Counted from the stretch's first letter, positions 1 to 9,382 are shown. The stretch: 64,000 nucleotides of DNA from Candidatus Gottesmanbacteria bacterium (GCA_016182365.1 JACOXO010000014.1:2294-66293), one strand, 5' to 3'. Program-made: numbers and translations. The notes: generated by a model not told the origin, from the letters alone.

Positions 1-867
1 ATGACCGGAATTAGGTTGGAAGTAGATACACACCTTATTACCGTTGGTTTAACCGGTAGAAGAAATTTAGAAAAATGTATCACTGAAGTTGGCGTTGAGG
101 TTTTAGGTTTTGTTTTTGGAGGACTTGCATCTTCTGAAGCAGTATTAACAGAAACTGAAAAAGAGCTAGGGATAGTTCTTGTTGATATTGGTGCAGGGAC
201 AACTGATATTTGCGTGTATGTTGAGGGTGCACTGGCTTATTCTTCTGTATTGCCTATTGGTGCTAAAAACATTACCAATGATATCGCAATAGGTTTAAGG
301 GTTTCTTTAGAGAGTGCTGAAAAAATAAAATTATTCTTAAGCAAAAATATTAAATCAACCACGCCAGTTGAAATTATTGAGAAGAAAGATGGGAAAAAAC
401 AGAATCTTGATGAGATTGATTTAACTGTTCTTAAGTTACCTGAAGATCTTAACAAAACAACCAGAAGGACACTTATCGAAGGAATAATAAAACCAAGACT
501 TAACGAAATATTTTCGATGGTTGGGCTTGAGATTAAAAAAAGCGGATTTGCAGGACTTACTCCTGCTGGTGTTGTTTTAACCGGAGGTGGAGCAGAAACA
601 GTTAGTATTATTGAGGCGGCAAAAAGAAATCTAGCCATGCCGGTTCGCGTTGGTCTTCCTGGAGAGAAAGTAACAGGACTTATTGATGAAATTTTATCAC
701 CTTCTTATGCAACTAGTATTGGACTTGTAATTTACGGTTCTAAATTTGAAGCTGTATCTCCTTCCGGCCCATTCAGTTTTAAAGGTTTTAGTAAAATCAC
801 TCAAAATGTTCCAATTAAAGGAGCAGCTGGTAAAGTCGTGGACTTGATTAAATCATTCTTACCCTAA
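1..867 (+). CDS. ftsA: Cell division protein FtsA (5'-truncated by window edge)
   Basis: Actin-like motifs VDIGAGTTD and VVLTGGGA, C-terminal amphipathic tail, directly upstream of ftsZ. Confidence 0.95.
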   Translation: MTGIRLEVDTHLITVGLTGRRNLEKCITEVGVEVLGFVFGGLASSEAVLTETEKELGIVLVDIGAGTTDICVYVEGALAYSSVLPIGAKNITNDIAIGLRVSLESAEKIKLFLSKNIKSTTPVEIIEKKDGKKQNLDEIDLTVLKLPEDLNKTTRRTLIEGIIKPRLNEIFSMVGLEIKKSGFAGLTPAGVVLTGGGAETVSIIEAAKRNLAMPVRVGLPGEKVTGLIDEILSPSYATSIGLVIYGSKFEAVSPSGPFSFKGFSKITQNVPIKGAAGKVVDLIKSFLP

Positions 868-868
868 C

Positions 869-885
869 CCCGACGTAACGTCGGG
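869..885. repeat. CCCGAC...GTCGGG family hairpin (REP-like)
   Basis: CCCGACG-TAA-CGTCGGG perfect inverted repeat between ftsA and ftsZ; same arms recur at 8166, 8480, 25954, 42130 and 42150. Confidence 0.85.
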
Positions 886-906
886 ACTGCCTAGAAAGGA
901 AACAGC

Positions 907-2034
907 ATGTTAGTTAAACCTGATATAGCCAGGTTCGCCAAAATTAAAGTGATGGGAATTGGAGGCGGAGGAAGTAATACCGTCAATTCAATGGTGGTTA
1001 CAAATAAAATAACGGGTGTTGATTTTATTACTGTAAACACTGACGCCCAAGCATTACTTGTAACTCAAGCCCCAATCAAACTTCAGATTGGTGATAATTT
1101 AACACGAGGTCTAGGGTCAGGCGGCAATCCTGATATAGGTAAACAGGCAGCTGAGGAATCCAGAGAAAAACTAAAGGATTTGTTAACTGATTCTGATATG
1201 GTTTTCTTAACTTGCGGTATGGGCGGAGGAACAGGTACCGGAGCTACACCAATTGCTGCTGAGGTGGCCAAGGAGTTAGGAATTCTAACAGTTGCCGTAG
1301 TGACCAAACCTTTTCATTTTGAAGGCTCAAGACGGATGTCACAGGCAGAACAGGGAATCATGGAGCTTAGGGATAAAGTCGATACTTTAATTGTCATTCC
1401 CAATCAAAGGCTTTTAGAGATAGTTGATAAAAAAATGACTTTTCTGGAAGCTTTTAAAGTGGTTGATAGCGTTTTAGCTCAGGCTGTTGCAGGAATTTCT
1501 GATCTAATTACTACCCCAGGTCTTATTAACGTTGATTTTGCAGATGTAAAGACAATAATGACTGATGCAGGATCAGCCCTAATGGGTATTGGAACGGGGG
1601 TAGGTGAGAATAGGGCGGTGACAGCAGCCAGGACGGCAATTTCATCTCCGCTTCTTGAAATGTCTATAGATGGAGCTAAAGGTGTGTTATTTAATATTAT
1701 TGGTGGGCCTGACATGACCATGAGTGAGGTAGATGAGGCTGCAAAGCTAATTTCGGAAGCTGTTGATCCGGATGCGAATATTATTTTTGGAACAACAATT
1801 GATGAAAAGCGTGTTGATGAAATTCAAATTACAGTTATCGCAACTGGTTTTAATGAGACCAGAAGAAGACTGGATAGGTTAAGTTCACCAACTGTAACTA
1901 CTTTTGAACATGATACAATAAAACAAACTAAACCGCCGCAAGCGATTTCTGTTACTAACCCTAATGAAAATGAACAGGAAACAGCATCTGACGATGAATG
2001 GGATGTTCCTACTTTCTTGCGGCAGGGAAGATAA
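907..2034 (+). CDS. ftsZ: Cell division protein FtsZ
   Basis: GGGTGTG tubulin signature, INVDFADV, C-terminal DVPTFLR. Confidence 0.99.
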   Translation: MLVKPDIARFAKIKVMGIGGGGSNTVNSMVVTNKITGVDFITVNTDAQALLVTQAPIKLQIGDNLTRGLGSGGNPDIGKQAAEESREKLKDLLTDSDMVFLTCGMGGGTGTGATPIAAEVAKELGILTVAVVTKPFHFEGSRRMSQAEQGIMELRDKVDTLIVIPNQRLLEIVDKKMTFLEAFKVVDSVLAQAVAGISDLITTPGLINVDFADVKTIMTDAGSALMGIGTGVGENRAVTAARTAISSPLLEMSIDGAKGVLFNIIGGPDMTMSEVDEAAKLISEAVDPDANIIFGTTIDEKRVDEIQITVIATGFNETRRRLDRLSSPTVTTFEHDTIKQTKPPQAISVTNPNENEQETASDDEWDVPTFLRQGR

Positions 2035-2039
2035 TATTT

Positions 2040-4982
2040 ATGTTTAAAAAAACTTCAGCTACTGTCAATTTTCCCGATCTTGAGAAGAAAATACAGGAAT
2101 ATTGGGACTTAAATAATATTTTAAAAAAATATCTTCATAAAAACGATAAATCTTCGCAAATATTCTCATTTATGGATGGTCCGATTACAGCAAATAATCC
2201 AATGGGTGTTCATCATGCTTGGGGGAGAACTTATAAAGATTTATGGCAGAAATTTAATAATATGAGAGGAAAAAAACAGAGGTTTCAAAATGGTTTTGAC
2301 TGTCAGGGGCTATGGGTTGAAGTAGAAGTGGAAAAAGAATTGGGGATTAAAAATAAAAGAGATATAGAAAATTTAATACCGGGTAATAAACAAGAAAGCA
2401 TAGCTAAATTTGTAAATCTTTGTAAAGAAAGAGTTGTTAAGTTTTCAAAAATACAGACACAACAAAGTATACGTTTAGGTTATTTCATGGATTGGGATCA
2501 TTCATATTACACCATGAGTAATGAGAATAATTATATGATATGGCATTTTCTTAAAGTATGTTTTGATAAGGGGTGGATTTATAAAGGTAAAGACTCAGTT
2601 CCCTGGTGTCCTAGGTGTCAAACAGCAATATCACAGCATGAAATGTTGACAGAAGATTATAAGGAGATTACTCACGAAACTATTTTTTTTAAGCTTCCTG
2701 TTGTAGGTCGTGATTTTAATCTTCTTGCCTGGACAACTACTCCCTGGACGATACCAGCAAATGTATCATTGGCCGTAAATCCGGATTTTAATTACAGAGA
2801 ATGGGAAAATACAAAAACCGGAGAAAAAATTATTTTTATTCGGGAAGATTCATTACCTAAAACAGAAAATATGGACGATTATAACAATAACATGAAATTT
2901 ATAAGCTCCATACTTGAAAAGGCGAGTGAATGGAAAGGTGTCAAAGATTTTAAGGGATCCGAATTAGTTGGTTTGCAATATACTGCTCCATTTGACCATC
3001 TACCAGCTGTAAAAAAGGCAAAAGACTCAAATCCTAGTAAGTTTCATACAGTGGTTCCGGCGCCCGATCTTGTTGTTGCCACAAAAGGTACTGGTATATT
3101 ACACGTGGCAACCGGCGCAGGCCAGGAAGATTTTAGGCTAGGGAGTGAATTGGGTCTTCCTATTATCAATGTTATTGATGATGAAGCAATTTATCTACCA
3201 CAAATGGGTGAGTTTACAGGTAAAAATGCAAAAAAACACCCCGAACTTATAGTCGATTTTCTTAAAACAAAAGATAGTGGTAAATATCTATACAAAACAA
3301 TGAAATTCAAACATAGATACCCGGCTTGTTGGAGGTGTAAGACTGAACTAGTTTGGAAGGTTGCTGATGAATGGTATATAGCGATGGATAAAAAATCAAA
3401 TAACACAACATTTAGACAAAGCATGATAGAAGTTGCTAAAAAAATTAATTGGACTCCATCATTTGGTTTAGATAGGGAATTAGATTGGCTTAAGAATATG
3501 CACGATTGGCTGATAAGTAAAAAAAACAGATACTGGGGTTTGGCTTTACCAATCTATGAATGTAAAAAATGTAATTCTTTTGAAGTTATTGGAAGTTTTG
3601 AAGAGTTAAAAAAAAGAGCAGTATCAGGTTGGGATCAACTTGAAGGTAAGTCTCCTCATAAACCATGGATTGATGAAGTCAAGATTAAATGCGCCAAATG
3701 CCAAAATATAGTTTTGCGAATTGGTGATGTAGGGAATCCCTGGCTTGATGCCGGAATTGTGCCCTTTTCAACTATTGCAAATGACAACCAAGGTAAACCA
3801 TTGTACTTAACTGACAGAAAAGAGTGGCAAAAGTGGTTTCCTGCTGATTTTATAACAGAGTCATTTCCCGGTCAGTTTAAAAACTGGTTTTATTCCCTTA
3901 TAGCTATGTCTGCAGCCTTAGAAAATACGCAGTCTTTTAAAAATGTATTAGGATTTGCAACACTTCTTGCTGATAATGGAAAACCAATGCATAAGTCCAG
4001 TGGCAATATGATCGAATTTAATACCGGAGCGCAGACGATTGGTGTTGATGTTATGCGTTGGATGTATCTAAGGCAAAACCCTGCCGCAAACTTACTTTTT
4101 GGGTATTCTACATCAGATGAAGTTAGGAGAAAATTTCATTTGATACTTTGGAATATATATAACTTTTTCGCAACATATGCTCTTGCTTATAATCTTAAAC
4201 AAGAGGACTTTAATCTTAAGTCAGATAATGTATTGGACAAATGGATTAAATTTAGATTAACAGAGACTGTCATAGGAGTTACTAAAAATCTTGAAAATTA
4301 TAATGCACATTTGGCAGCTTTAGATATTGAAAAATTCGTTACCGATTTATCTACCTGGTATATCAGAAGAAGCAGAAATAGAGTAAAGGACTGTCTTCCC
4401 TGTCTTCATTCTATTTTAGTTACTTTATCAAAGCTTCTTGCGCCCTTTATTCCTTTTGTATCAGAGGAAATCTATACAAACTTAACTGGTAATAAGTCTG
4501 TCCATCTAGAAACTTGGCCGCAGTTTAATAAAGATGAAATTGATAAGGAACTTATAGATAATATGAAGCGTGTCAGAATATTGGTTGAACAATTTCACTC
4601 ACTTCGAAAACAAAATAATATTAAATTAAAAATTCCTTTAATAAACGTCAAATATAAGTCATCAGCAAAAATTCCTGATGAATTGGAAACTGTCTTAAGA
4701 GATGAGATAAATGTAAAAAATATCATTGCGGTTATTGATAGTAAAACTAAGGAGGATAAGTGGAGCGCTGATTTTAGCAAAGACAATTTGTTGATAAGTG
4801 AAGGAGAGGCAAGAGATATTGTAAGAACTATTCAAAAAATGAGAAAAGAGGTCGGTCTGGCTCTCACTCAAGTTATTGATATAGAACTTCCTTCCTGGCC
4901 TAAAGATTATGAAGAATATATAAAGCAAAAAACTCTAACAAAATCAATGAAGAAAGGTGACAAGATCCGTATTCTTCTATGA
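2040..4982 (+). CDS. ileS: Isoleucine--tRNA ligase (IleRS2-like)
   Basis: DGPITAN..GVHH (HIGH variant), GFDCQGL, WTTTPWT editing motif, PMHKS (KMSKS variant). Start placed at ATG 2040, after the ftsZ stop. Confidence 0.93.
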   Translation: MFKKTSATVNFPDLEKKIQEYWDLNNILKKYLHKNDKSSQIFSFMDGPITANNPMGVHHAWGRTYKDLWQKFNNMRGKKQRFQNGFDCQGLWVEVEVEKELGIKNKRDIENLIPGNKQESIAKFVNLCKERVVKFSKIQTQQSIRLGYFMDWDHSYYTMSNENNYMIWHFLKVCFDKGWIYKGKDSVPWCPRCQTAISQHEMLTEDYKEITHETIFFKLPVVGRDFNLLAWTTTPWTIPANVSLAVNPDFNYREWENTKTGEKIIFIREDSLPKTENMDDYNNNMKFISSILEKASEWKGVKDFKGSELVGLQYTAPFDHLPAVKKAKDSNPSKFHTVVPAPDLVVATKGTGILHVATGAGQEDFRLGSELGLPIINVIDDEAIYLPQMGEFTGKNAKKHPELIVDFLKTKDSGKYLYKTMKFKHRYPACWRCKTELVWKVADEWYIAMDKKSNNTTFRQSMIEVAKKINWTPSFGLDRELDWLKNMHDWLISKKNRYWGLALPIYECKKCNSFEVIGSFEELKKRAVSGWDQLEGKSPHKPWIDEVKIKCAKCQNIVLRIGDVGNPWLDAGIVPFSTIANDNQGKPLYLTDRKEWQKWFPADFITESFPGQFKNWFYSLIAMSAALENTQSFKNVLGFATLLADNGKPMHKSSGNMIEFNTGAQTIGVDVMRWMYLRQNPAANLLFGYSTSDEVRRKFHLILWNIYNFFATYALAYNLKQEDFNLKSDNVLDKWIKFRLTETVIGVTKNLENYNAHLAALDIEKFVTDLSTWYIRRSRNRVKDCLPCLHSILVTLSKLLAPFIPFVSEEIYTNLTGNKSVHLETWPQFNKDEIDKELIDNMKRVRILVEQFHSLRKQNNIKLKIPLINVKYKSSAKIPDELETVLRDEINVKNIIAVIDSKTKEDKWSADFSKDNLLISEGEARDIVRTIQKMRKEVGLALTQVIDIELPSWPKDYEEYIKQKTLTKSMKKGDKIRILL

Positions 4983-6043
4983 GGCAACCTCGTATTGAGT
5001 GGGATATTCTTATATTATTGCTTTGTATGTTTGGCTTCTCTCTTGCAATAATTTGGAGCGTAAATCCAACTTATTTTACTTCGCAACTGGCTTTTTTTCT
5101 AACAGGTATTATTATTTTTTTTATATTTCGCGCTATAAGAGCAGACATTTATCAAAAGGTGGGTATATTATTTTATGCAATTTCAGTAATCCTTCTTATT
5201 ATCACACTCTTAAGTCCTGATGTTAGGGGAAGTTCACGGTGGATATTTTTTGGGGATTATCGTATTCAACCGTCCGAGATTATAAAGCCCTTTCTTATAG
5301 TAAGTTATGCTTCTTTTTTAGTTAATAAAAAAAGCGGTGTCTTAAATTCCTTTGCAATTTTTTTATTGCTCCTGATTCCACTTATACTAATATTTCTTCA
5401 ACCTGATTTGGGAAGCGCAATCATATACTTCGCTTTTTCCTTTGCTATGATTTTTGCAAATGGGTTGCCTTTATCGGCGATTGCAGTGAGTGTGGTATTT
5501 GGACTTATAGGAAGTCCTTTTATATGGCATATTTTAAAAGATTACCAAAGACAAAGAATTTTAAATTTTTTAAGCCCAAATTCTGATCCTCAGGGTGCAG
5601 GTTATAATGCCATTCAAGCAATGATAGCAGTTGGAAGCGGTAAATTATTTGGTCAGGGTTTAGGTAGGGGATCGCAAAGCCATTTAAGATTTCTTCCAGA
5701 AAATCATACCGATTTTGTATTTGCCTCTCTTGTTGAGGAGTTTGGTTTTCTTGGTTCTACACTGGTTCTTGTATTTTATTCATACCTTTTTTACAGGCTT
5801 CTGAGATTAATGATTCAAACTCAAGATAGATTTACCTACCTCGTGATTGTGGGTGTGTTTATGCAGATATTTACCCAATTTTTTGTGAATATTGCTATGA
5901 ATATTGGACTTATACCGATAACCGGAGTTACACTCCCTTTGATATCAGCAGGTGGAAGCTCGATTATAGCTACTTTAATCTCCTTAGGAATAGTTTTTTC
6001 ATTATCTAAAAACAAGAAACATACACCGCTTGTTATCGGATAA
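4979..6043 (+). CDS. rodA: SEDS family peptidoglycan polymerase RodA
   Basis: IQPSE, LQPDLG, LPENHTDF and GVTLPLISAGGSS motifs; polytopic membrane protein. Confidence 0.88.
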   Translation: MRQPRIEWDILILLLCMFGFSLAIIWSVNPTYFTSQLAFFLTGIIIFFIFRAIRADIYQKVGILFYAISVILLIITLLSPDVRGSSRWIFFGDYRIQPSEIIKPFLIVSYASFLVNKKSGVLNSFAIFLLLLIPLILIFLQPDLGSAIIYFAFSFAMIFANGLPLSAIAVSVVFGLIGSPFIWHILKDYQRQRILNFLSPNSDPQGAGYNAIQAMIAVGSGKLFGQGLGRGSQSHLRFLPENHTDFVFASLVEEFGFLGSTLVLVFYSYLFYRLLRLMIQTQDRFTYLVIVGVFMQIFTQFFVNIAMNIGLIPITGVTLPLISAGGSSIIATLISLGIVFSLSKNKKHTPLVIG

Positions 6044-6066
6044 TAAATTCGCTATAATTAGCTCTT

Positions 6067-6381
6067 ATGTACGCGATTATCCAAAAAGGGTCACATCAGT
6101 ATAAGGTAACTGCCGGAATGGAGTTTGATATTTACAATATTGACGCTCAAGCTGGAGATAAATTGACAGTTAAAGAAGTTTTAATGATTGTTGACGATAC
6201 TGGTGAAATTAAAGTGGGTCAACCATATATTGAAAAGGCTAGTGTTGATTTGAAAATTAACGGGAGTAAAAAGGGAAAGAAAGTTAATGTAATGCGTTTT
6301 AAAGCTAAAAGTAGATATACTAAAAGAAGAGGTTTTAGAGAAGATTTAACAGTTGTTTCCGTTGAATCTATTAATGTCTAG
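6067..6381 (+). CDS. rplU: 50S ribosomal protein L21
   Basis: MYAII...QYKV N-terminus, KSRY..RRGFR, adjacent to rpmA. Confidence 0.95.
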   Translation: MYAIIQKGSHQYKVTAGMEFDIYNIDAQAGDKLTVKEVLMIVDDTGEIKVGQPYIEKASVDLKINGSKKGKKVNVMRFKAKSRYTKRRGFREDLTVVSVESINV

Positions 6382-6387
6382 ACCCCG

Positions 6388-6415
6388 TTGACAGATTTTA
6401 GAAATTACCTATAAT
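6388..6415 (+). promoter_or_regulatory. Sigma70-type promoter upstream of rpmA
   Basis: TTGACA-N16-TATAAT, both hexamers exact. Confidence 0.7.
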
Positions 6416-6438
6416 ATTTGTTAATAGGATAAAAAAAT

Positions 6439-6687
6439 ATGGCACATACAAAAACAGGAGCATCAGTAAAAGGAAGTAGAGATTCCATTGCAAAAAGGCT
6501 TGGAGTAAAAAAGTACGGAGGTCAAACAGTTATTCCAGGAAATATTATTGTCCGTCAAAGAGGTAGCAAAGTCCACCCGGGTAGGGGTGTAATTATGGGT
6601 AGAGACTATACAATTATGGCAGTTAAAGAAGGTTTAGTTAATTTTTCAAGACAATACGGGAAAACAATCGTTAACGTTTCAAAATAA
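6439..6687 (+). CDS. rpmA: 50S ribosomal protein L27
   Basis: MAHTK...RDS..KRLGVK..GNIIVRQRG. Confidence 0.97.
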   Translation: MAHTKTGASVKGSRDSIAKRLGVKKYGGQTVIPGNIIVRQRGSKVHPGRGVIMGRDYTIMAVKEGLVNFSRQYGKTIVNVSK

Positions 6688-6695
6688 TATATATT

Positions 6696-7523
6696 ATGGC
6701 TGACGAACTGACGTATATAGAAATATCGCAGTTACAACCAAACCCTCTTCAGTCTCGTGGTGTTATTTCACAGAGTTCCCTAAATGATTTAGTTGAGTCT
6801 GTAAAAGAACATGGTGTTTTGGAGCCTTTGATTATTGCCAAAACTCCAGCAGGATTTCAAATAATTGCAGGTGAAAGAAGATGGCGAGCTGCCAAAATTG
6901 CCGGTGTTACTAAAGTTCCCGCAGTTATTAAAGAAACTTCAAGCAGGGGCATGTTGGAACTGGCAATTGTTGAGAACGTCCAAAGAGAAGACCTAAATCC
7001 AATTGAAAGAGCCCAGGCATTCAGAAGACTTATGGAGGAGTTTGGTCTTCAAATATCTACAATAGCCAAAAGGGTAGGAAAGAGTGATGGTTACGTATCC
7101 AATACTTTAAGACTTCTATCTCTTCCTGATGCTATCAAAGACGGGATTATTTCAGGGGTGACAACTGAAGGTCATGCAAGAGCTCTTGCTGGTATCGGCG
7201 ATACCAAGCTGATGATCGAGGCTTATAAGATTCTTCTTGCTGAGAATGCTTCTGTCAGAAGGGCTGAAGACTTGGCTAGAAAAATGAAGAATAGAAATAG
7301 TACTCAGGTCAGATCCAGAACTGAATGGATTGATAGCCCCAGAATTGACACTATCTCTAAAAAATTTGAAAATATATTTTTCGGTAGAGTCAAGATGAAT
7401 CAATCAAACAGTTATACCAGAATGACAATTGTTATCAAAGGCGAACCGGAATCCGTTGCCCAGAAACTTGAGGTATTAACTTCTAAATTAGCATCAGAAT
7501 TACCAGAAACTCCGAAAAGTTAA
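6696..7523 (+). CDS. parB: ParB/Spo0J partition protein
   Basis: IIAGERRWRA, ENVQREDL, HTH region, GHARAL. Confidence 0.93.
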   Translation: MADELTYIEISQLQPNPLQSRGVISQSSLNDLVESVKEHGVLEPLIIAKTPAGFQIIAGERRWRAAKIAGVTKVPAVIKETSSRGMLELAIVENVQREDLNPIERAQAFRRLMEEFGLQISTIAKRVGKSDGYVSNTLRLLSLPDAIKDGIISGVTTEGHARALAGIGDTKLMIEAYKILLAENASVRRAEDLARKMKNRNSTQVRSRTEWIDSPRIDTISKKFENIFFGRVKMNQSNSYTRMTIVIKGEPESVAQKLEVLTSKLASELPETPKS

Positions 7524-7524
7524 A

Positions 7525-8094
7525 TTAATTATTAAACTCAATGGGTTTTTGTATTAAACCAAAATGATTCACAGGCCAGTATCTAAAGAATACTCTTCCA
7601 ATAATATCATTCTTAGGAACCATTCCCCATTGTCTTGAATCTGCGCTATGACTTCTATTGTCACCAAGAACGAAGTATTCGTCTTGACCTACAGTAATTT
7701 GTTCACCTTCCTTAATATATTGACCTGGAAGCAATATTGTGTCTGTTTGTATGTATTCATCAGGTAATGGTTGGCCGTTTACCAGAACTTTTCCATCGGA
7801 GATTGTTATTGTATCTCCGGGAAGACCAATTATTCTTTTTATATAATCAAAATCAGGATTCATCGGCGCTTTAAATACCACAACATCACCACGCTTCGGT
7901 GCATTTAATCTATAAGAAATTTTATCTGTTAATATGTATTGTCCGTCATGGAAAGTAGGATCCATAGACGCTCCTTTTATCTCATGAGGTTGTACAAGAA
8001 AGAGATATATAACCACAAAAATTGACAACGCAACCACTACTGATTCAATCAGATCAAAAAATATAGAAATAGCACGACGAAATATGTCTTGCAT
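7525..8094 (-). CDS. lepB: Signal peptidase I
   Basis: GASMDPT (catalytic Ser), YIKRIIGLPGD (Lys), GDNRSHSADSR. Start set to ATG 8094 because the longer ORF start (8166) lies in repeat DNA upstream of the promoter. Confidence 0.93.
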   Translation of the reverse strand: MQDIFRRAISIFFDLIESVVVALSIFVVIYLFLVQPHEIKGASMDPTFHDGQYILTDKISYRLNAPKRGDVVVFKAPMNPDFDYIKRIIGLPGDTITISDGKVLVNGQPLPDEYIQTDTILLPGQYIKEGEQITVGQDEYFVLGDNRSHSADSRQWGMVPKNDIIGRVFFRYWPVNHFGLIQKPIEFNN

Positions 8095-8101
8095 GGATAA
8101 C

Positions 8102-8130
8102 AGTGTAGGCAATTTGCTATAATCTGTCAA
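8102..8130 (-). promoter_or_regulatory. Sigma70 promoter of lepB (leaderless transcript likely)
   Basis: Minus strand TTGACA-N17-TACACT, 7 nt upstream of ATG 8094. Confidence 0.65.
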
Positions 8131-8197
8131 TGCCGACGCCACGACAAAAGCGTCGGGGGTCGGCATCCCGACTTAAGTCTAAGACTTAACGTCGGGA
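8131..8197. repeat. Hairpin doublet left of GIY-YIG gene
   Basis: TGCCGAC..GTCGGCA (8131-8165) abutting TCCCGAC-TTAAGTCT-A-AGACTTAA-C-GTCGGGA (8166-8197). Confidence 0.9.
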
Positions 8198-8216
8198 TCC
8201 CTATATAATTGGGTAG

Positions 8217-8479
8217 ATGGCTTTTGTTTATATTTTAAAAAGTTTTAAAAAAGAAAAGTATTATATTGGTACTACTGAAAATTATGAAAGACGCGTTAGG
8301 GAACATAATAGTGGTAGAGTGAGATCAACTAAATATATCAGACCTCTTAATTTAGTTCTTGTCAGCATTATAATAGTTTAAGTAAAGCTAGAAAAATAGA
8401 ATATAGATTAAAAGCATTAAAGAGAAGAGATTATTTAGAAAAGATTGTTAGAGACGGTAAAATAAAGATGACCGTTTAG
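8217..8479 (+). pseudogene. Small GIY-YIG nuclease, frameshifted near 8362
   Basis: Hand translation gives MAFVYILKSFKKEKYYIGTTENYERRVREHNSGRVRSTKYIRPLNLVL, then in a shifted frame QHYNSLSKARKIEYRLKALKRRDYLEKIVRDGKIKMTV*. VY/YIG, Arg, His and Glu motif residues are present. Missing from the ORF track. Confidence 0.85.
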
Positions 8480-8518
8480 TCCCGACGCAAGGTCGGGATG
8501 CCAACTATAACGTCGGCA
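8480..8518. repeat. Hairpin doublet right of GIY-YIG gene, inserted after nt 10 of the outer tRNA-Val
   Basis: TCCCGAC-GCAAG-GTCGGGA followed by TGCCAAC-TATAAC-GTCGGCA; mirror order of the 8131-8197 doublet. Confidence 0.88.
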
Positions 8519-8544
8519 CTCAACGGCAGAGTGCTTCGTTCACA

Positions 8545-8649
8545 CCTGCCCGCCGCAGATGGATCCGTAGCTCAGCGGTAGAGCGTTCGGTTCACATCCG
8601 AAAGGTCAGAGGTTCGATACCTCTCGGATCCACAGCTTTGGCAAGCGGG
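8545..8649 (+). mobile_element. tRNA-carrying hairpin cassette (Val)
   Basis: Ends are CCTGCCCGCC and GCTTTGGCAAGCGGG (imperfect inverted repeats) around an intact tRNA-Val; matching ends at 24308-24413. Confidence 0.7.
8561..8632 (+). tRNA. tRNA-Val(CAC), intact, CCA not encoded
   Basis: GGATCCG/CGGATCC acceptor stem, TAGCTCAGCGGTAGAGC D-arm, TTCGG-TTCACAT-CCGAA anticodon arm, AGAGG-TTCGATA-CCTCT T-arm. Confidence 0.95.
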
Positions 8650-8696
8650 TCGAAGAGGTTGGTGGTTCGACGCTTTAGGTAGGACTCCAATGGTTA

Positions 8697-9332
8697 CTAA
8701 AACTGGGTAGATTCTCCAGCTTCTAGAGGAATAAACTTAGATCCAAAATCCCCTAGCACTTTTTCCGGAAGAAAATGAACTGGTCCTAGAAACTTCAACA
8801 TACCATCATGTACCGGAAAACACTTTTTAGGTTTTATTCTCTTGGAATAATCAATTGCTTGACCTAAAGTTAACCATGGTCCAGCAACAGGTAGAGCAAG
8901 AATTTCTACCTTTTTTCCTGGATCTGTCAAAGCATCACCTGGGTAAAAGAGTTTGTTTGCAATAAAATATCCTGTATTTTCAACTCTGGGTACAGTGGAG
9001 TATATATCTGCGTGTAACTTTCCAAATCCTTCGATGAGAACATTCTTGAATTTTTTCTTTTTGTTATGGCCAAGAAGATCATATTTGATATTTTTCTGTA
9101 ATAAGATTTTACCAACTGCATTGTTTGTAATAATTGTTGAGCGCGGATTTTTTACAAGAACTTTTTTAAGCGATTCAATATGTAGATGATCAAGATGTTC
9201 GTGAGTAATAGCTATAACATCAATTTTTTGAATCTGGTTTTGTTTGTCAGTATAAGCACCTGGATCTGTTAAAATACGGAGACCATCAACATCTATTACC
9301 AAACAGCAGTGTCCGATTTTATGAACTTTCAT
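8697..9332 (-). CDS. MBL-fold metallo-hydrolase
   Basis: GHCC..., LTDPG, THEHLDHLH metal motif, YPGD, PVHD. Confidence 0.85.
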   Translation of the reverse strand: MKVHKIGHCCLVIDVDGLRILTDPGAYTDKQNQIQKIDVIAITHEHLDHLHIESLKKVLVKNPRSTIITNNAVGKILLQKNIKYDLLGHNKKKKFKNVLIEGFGKLHADIYSTVPRVENTGYFIANKLFYPGDALTDPGKKVEILALPVAGPWLTLGQAIDYSKRIKPKKCFPVHDGMLKFLGPVHFLPEKVLGDFGSKFIPLEAGESTQF

Positions 9333-9382
9333 CTCATTGTAATTATAACATTCATCGTGTAATACTGATAATATAATAAATT

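Larger units (their letters stand above)
8470..8696 (+). pseudogene. Disrupted outer tRNA-Val(CAC)
   Basis: Removing inserts 8480-8518 and 8545-8649 gives GACCGTT-TAG-CTCAACGGCAGAG-TG-CTTCG-TTCACAT-CGAAG-AGGTT-GGTGG-TTCGA...AATGGTT-A; the 3' side of the T-arm is damaged. Confidence 0.8.

Noticed and set aside
1998-2039. ileS start overlapping ftsZ
   Set aside because: ATG 2040 just after the ftsZ stop gives a typical MFKK N-terminus.
8095-8166. N-terminal extension of lepB in the ORF track
   Set aside because: It runs through the promoter and hairpin repeat; ATG 8094 fits the promoter and the family length.
8131-8518. CRISPR array
   Set aside because: The repeats are variable-loop hairpins without regular repeat-spacer periodicity, and there are no cas genes in the window.
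8545-8649. Self-splicing or archaeal-type tRNA intron at position 37/38
   Set aside because: Too short for a group I or II intron, no clear bulge-helix-bulge, the outer tRNA has other lesions, and the same cassette inserts at a different position in tRNA-Thr.
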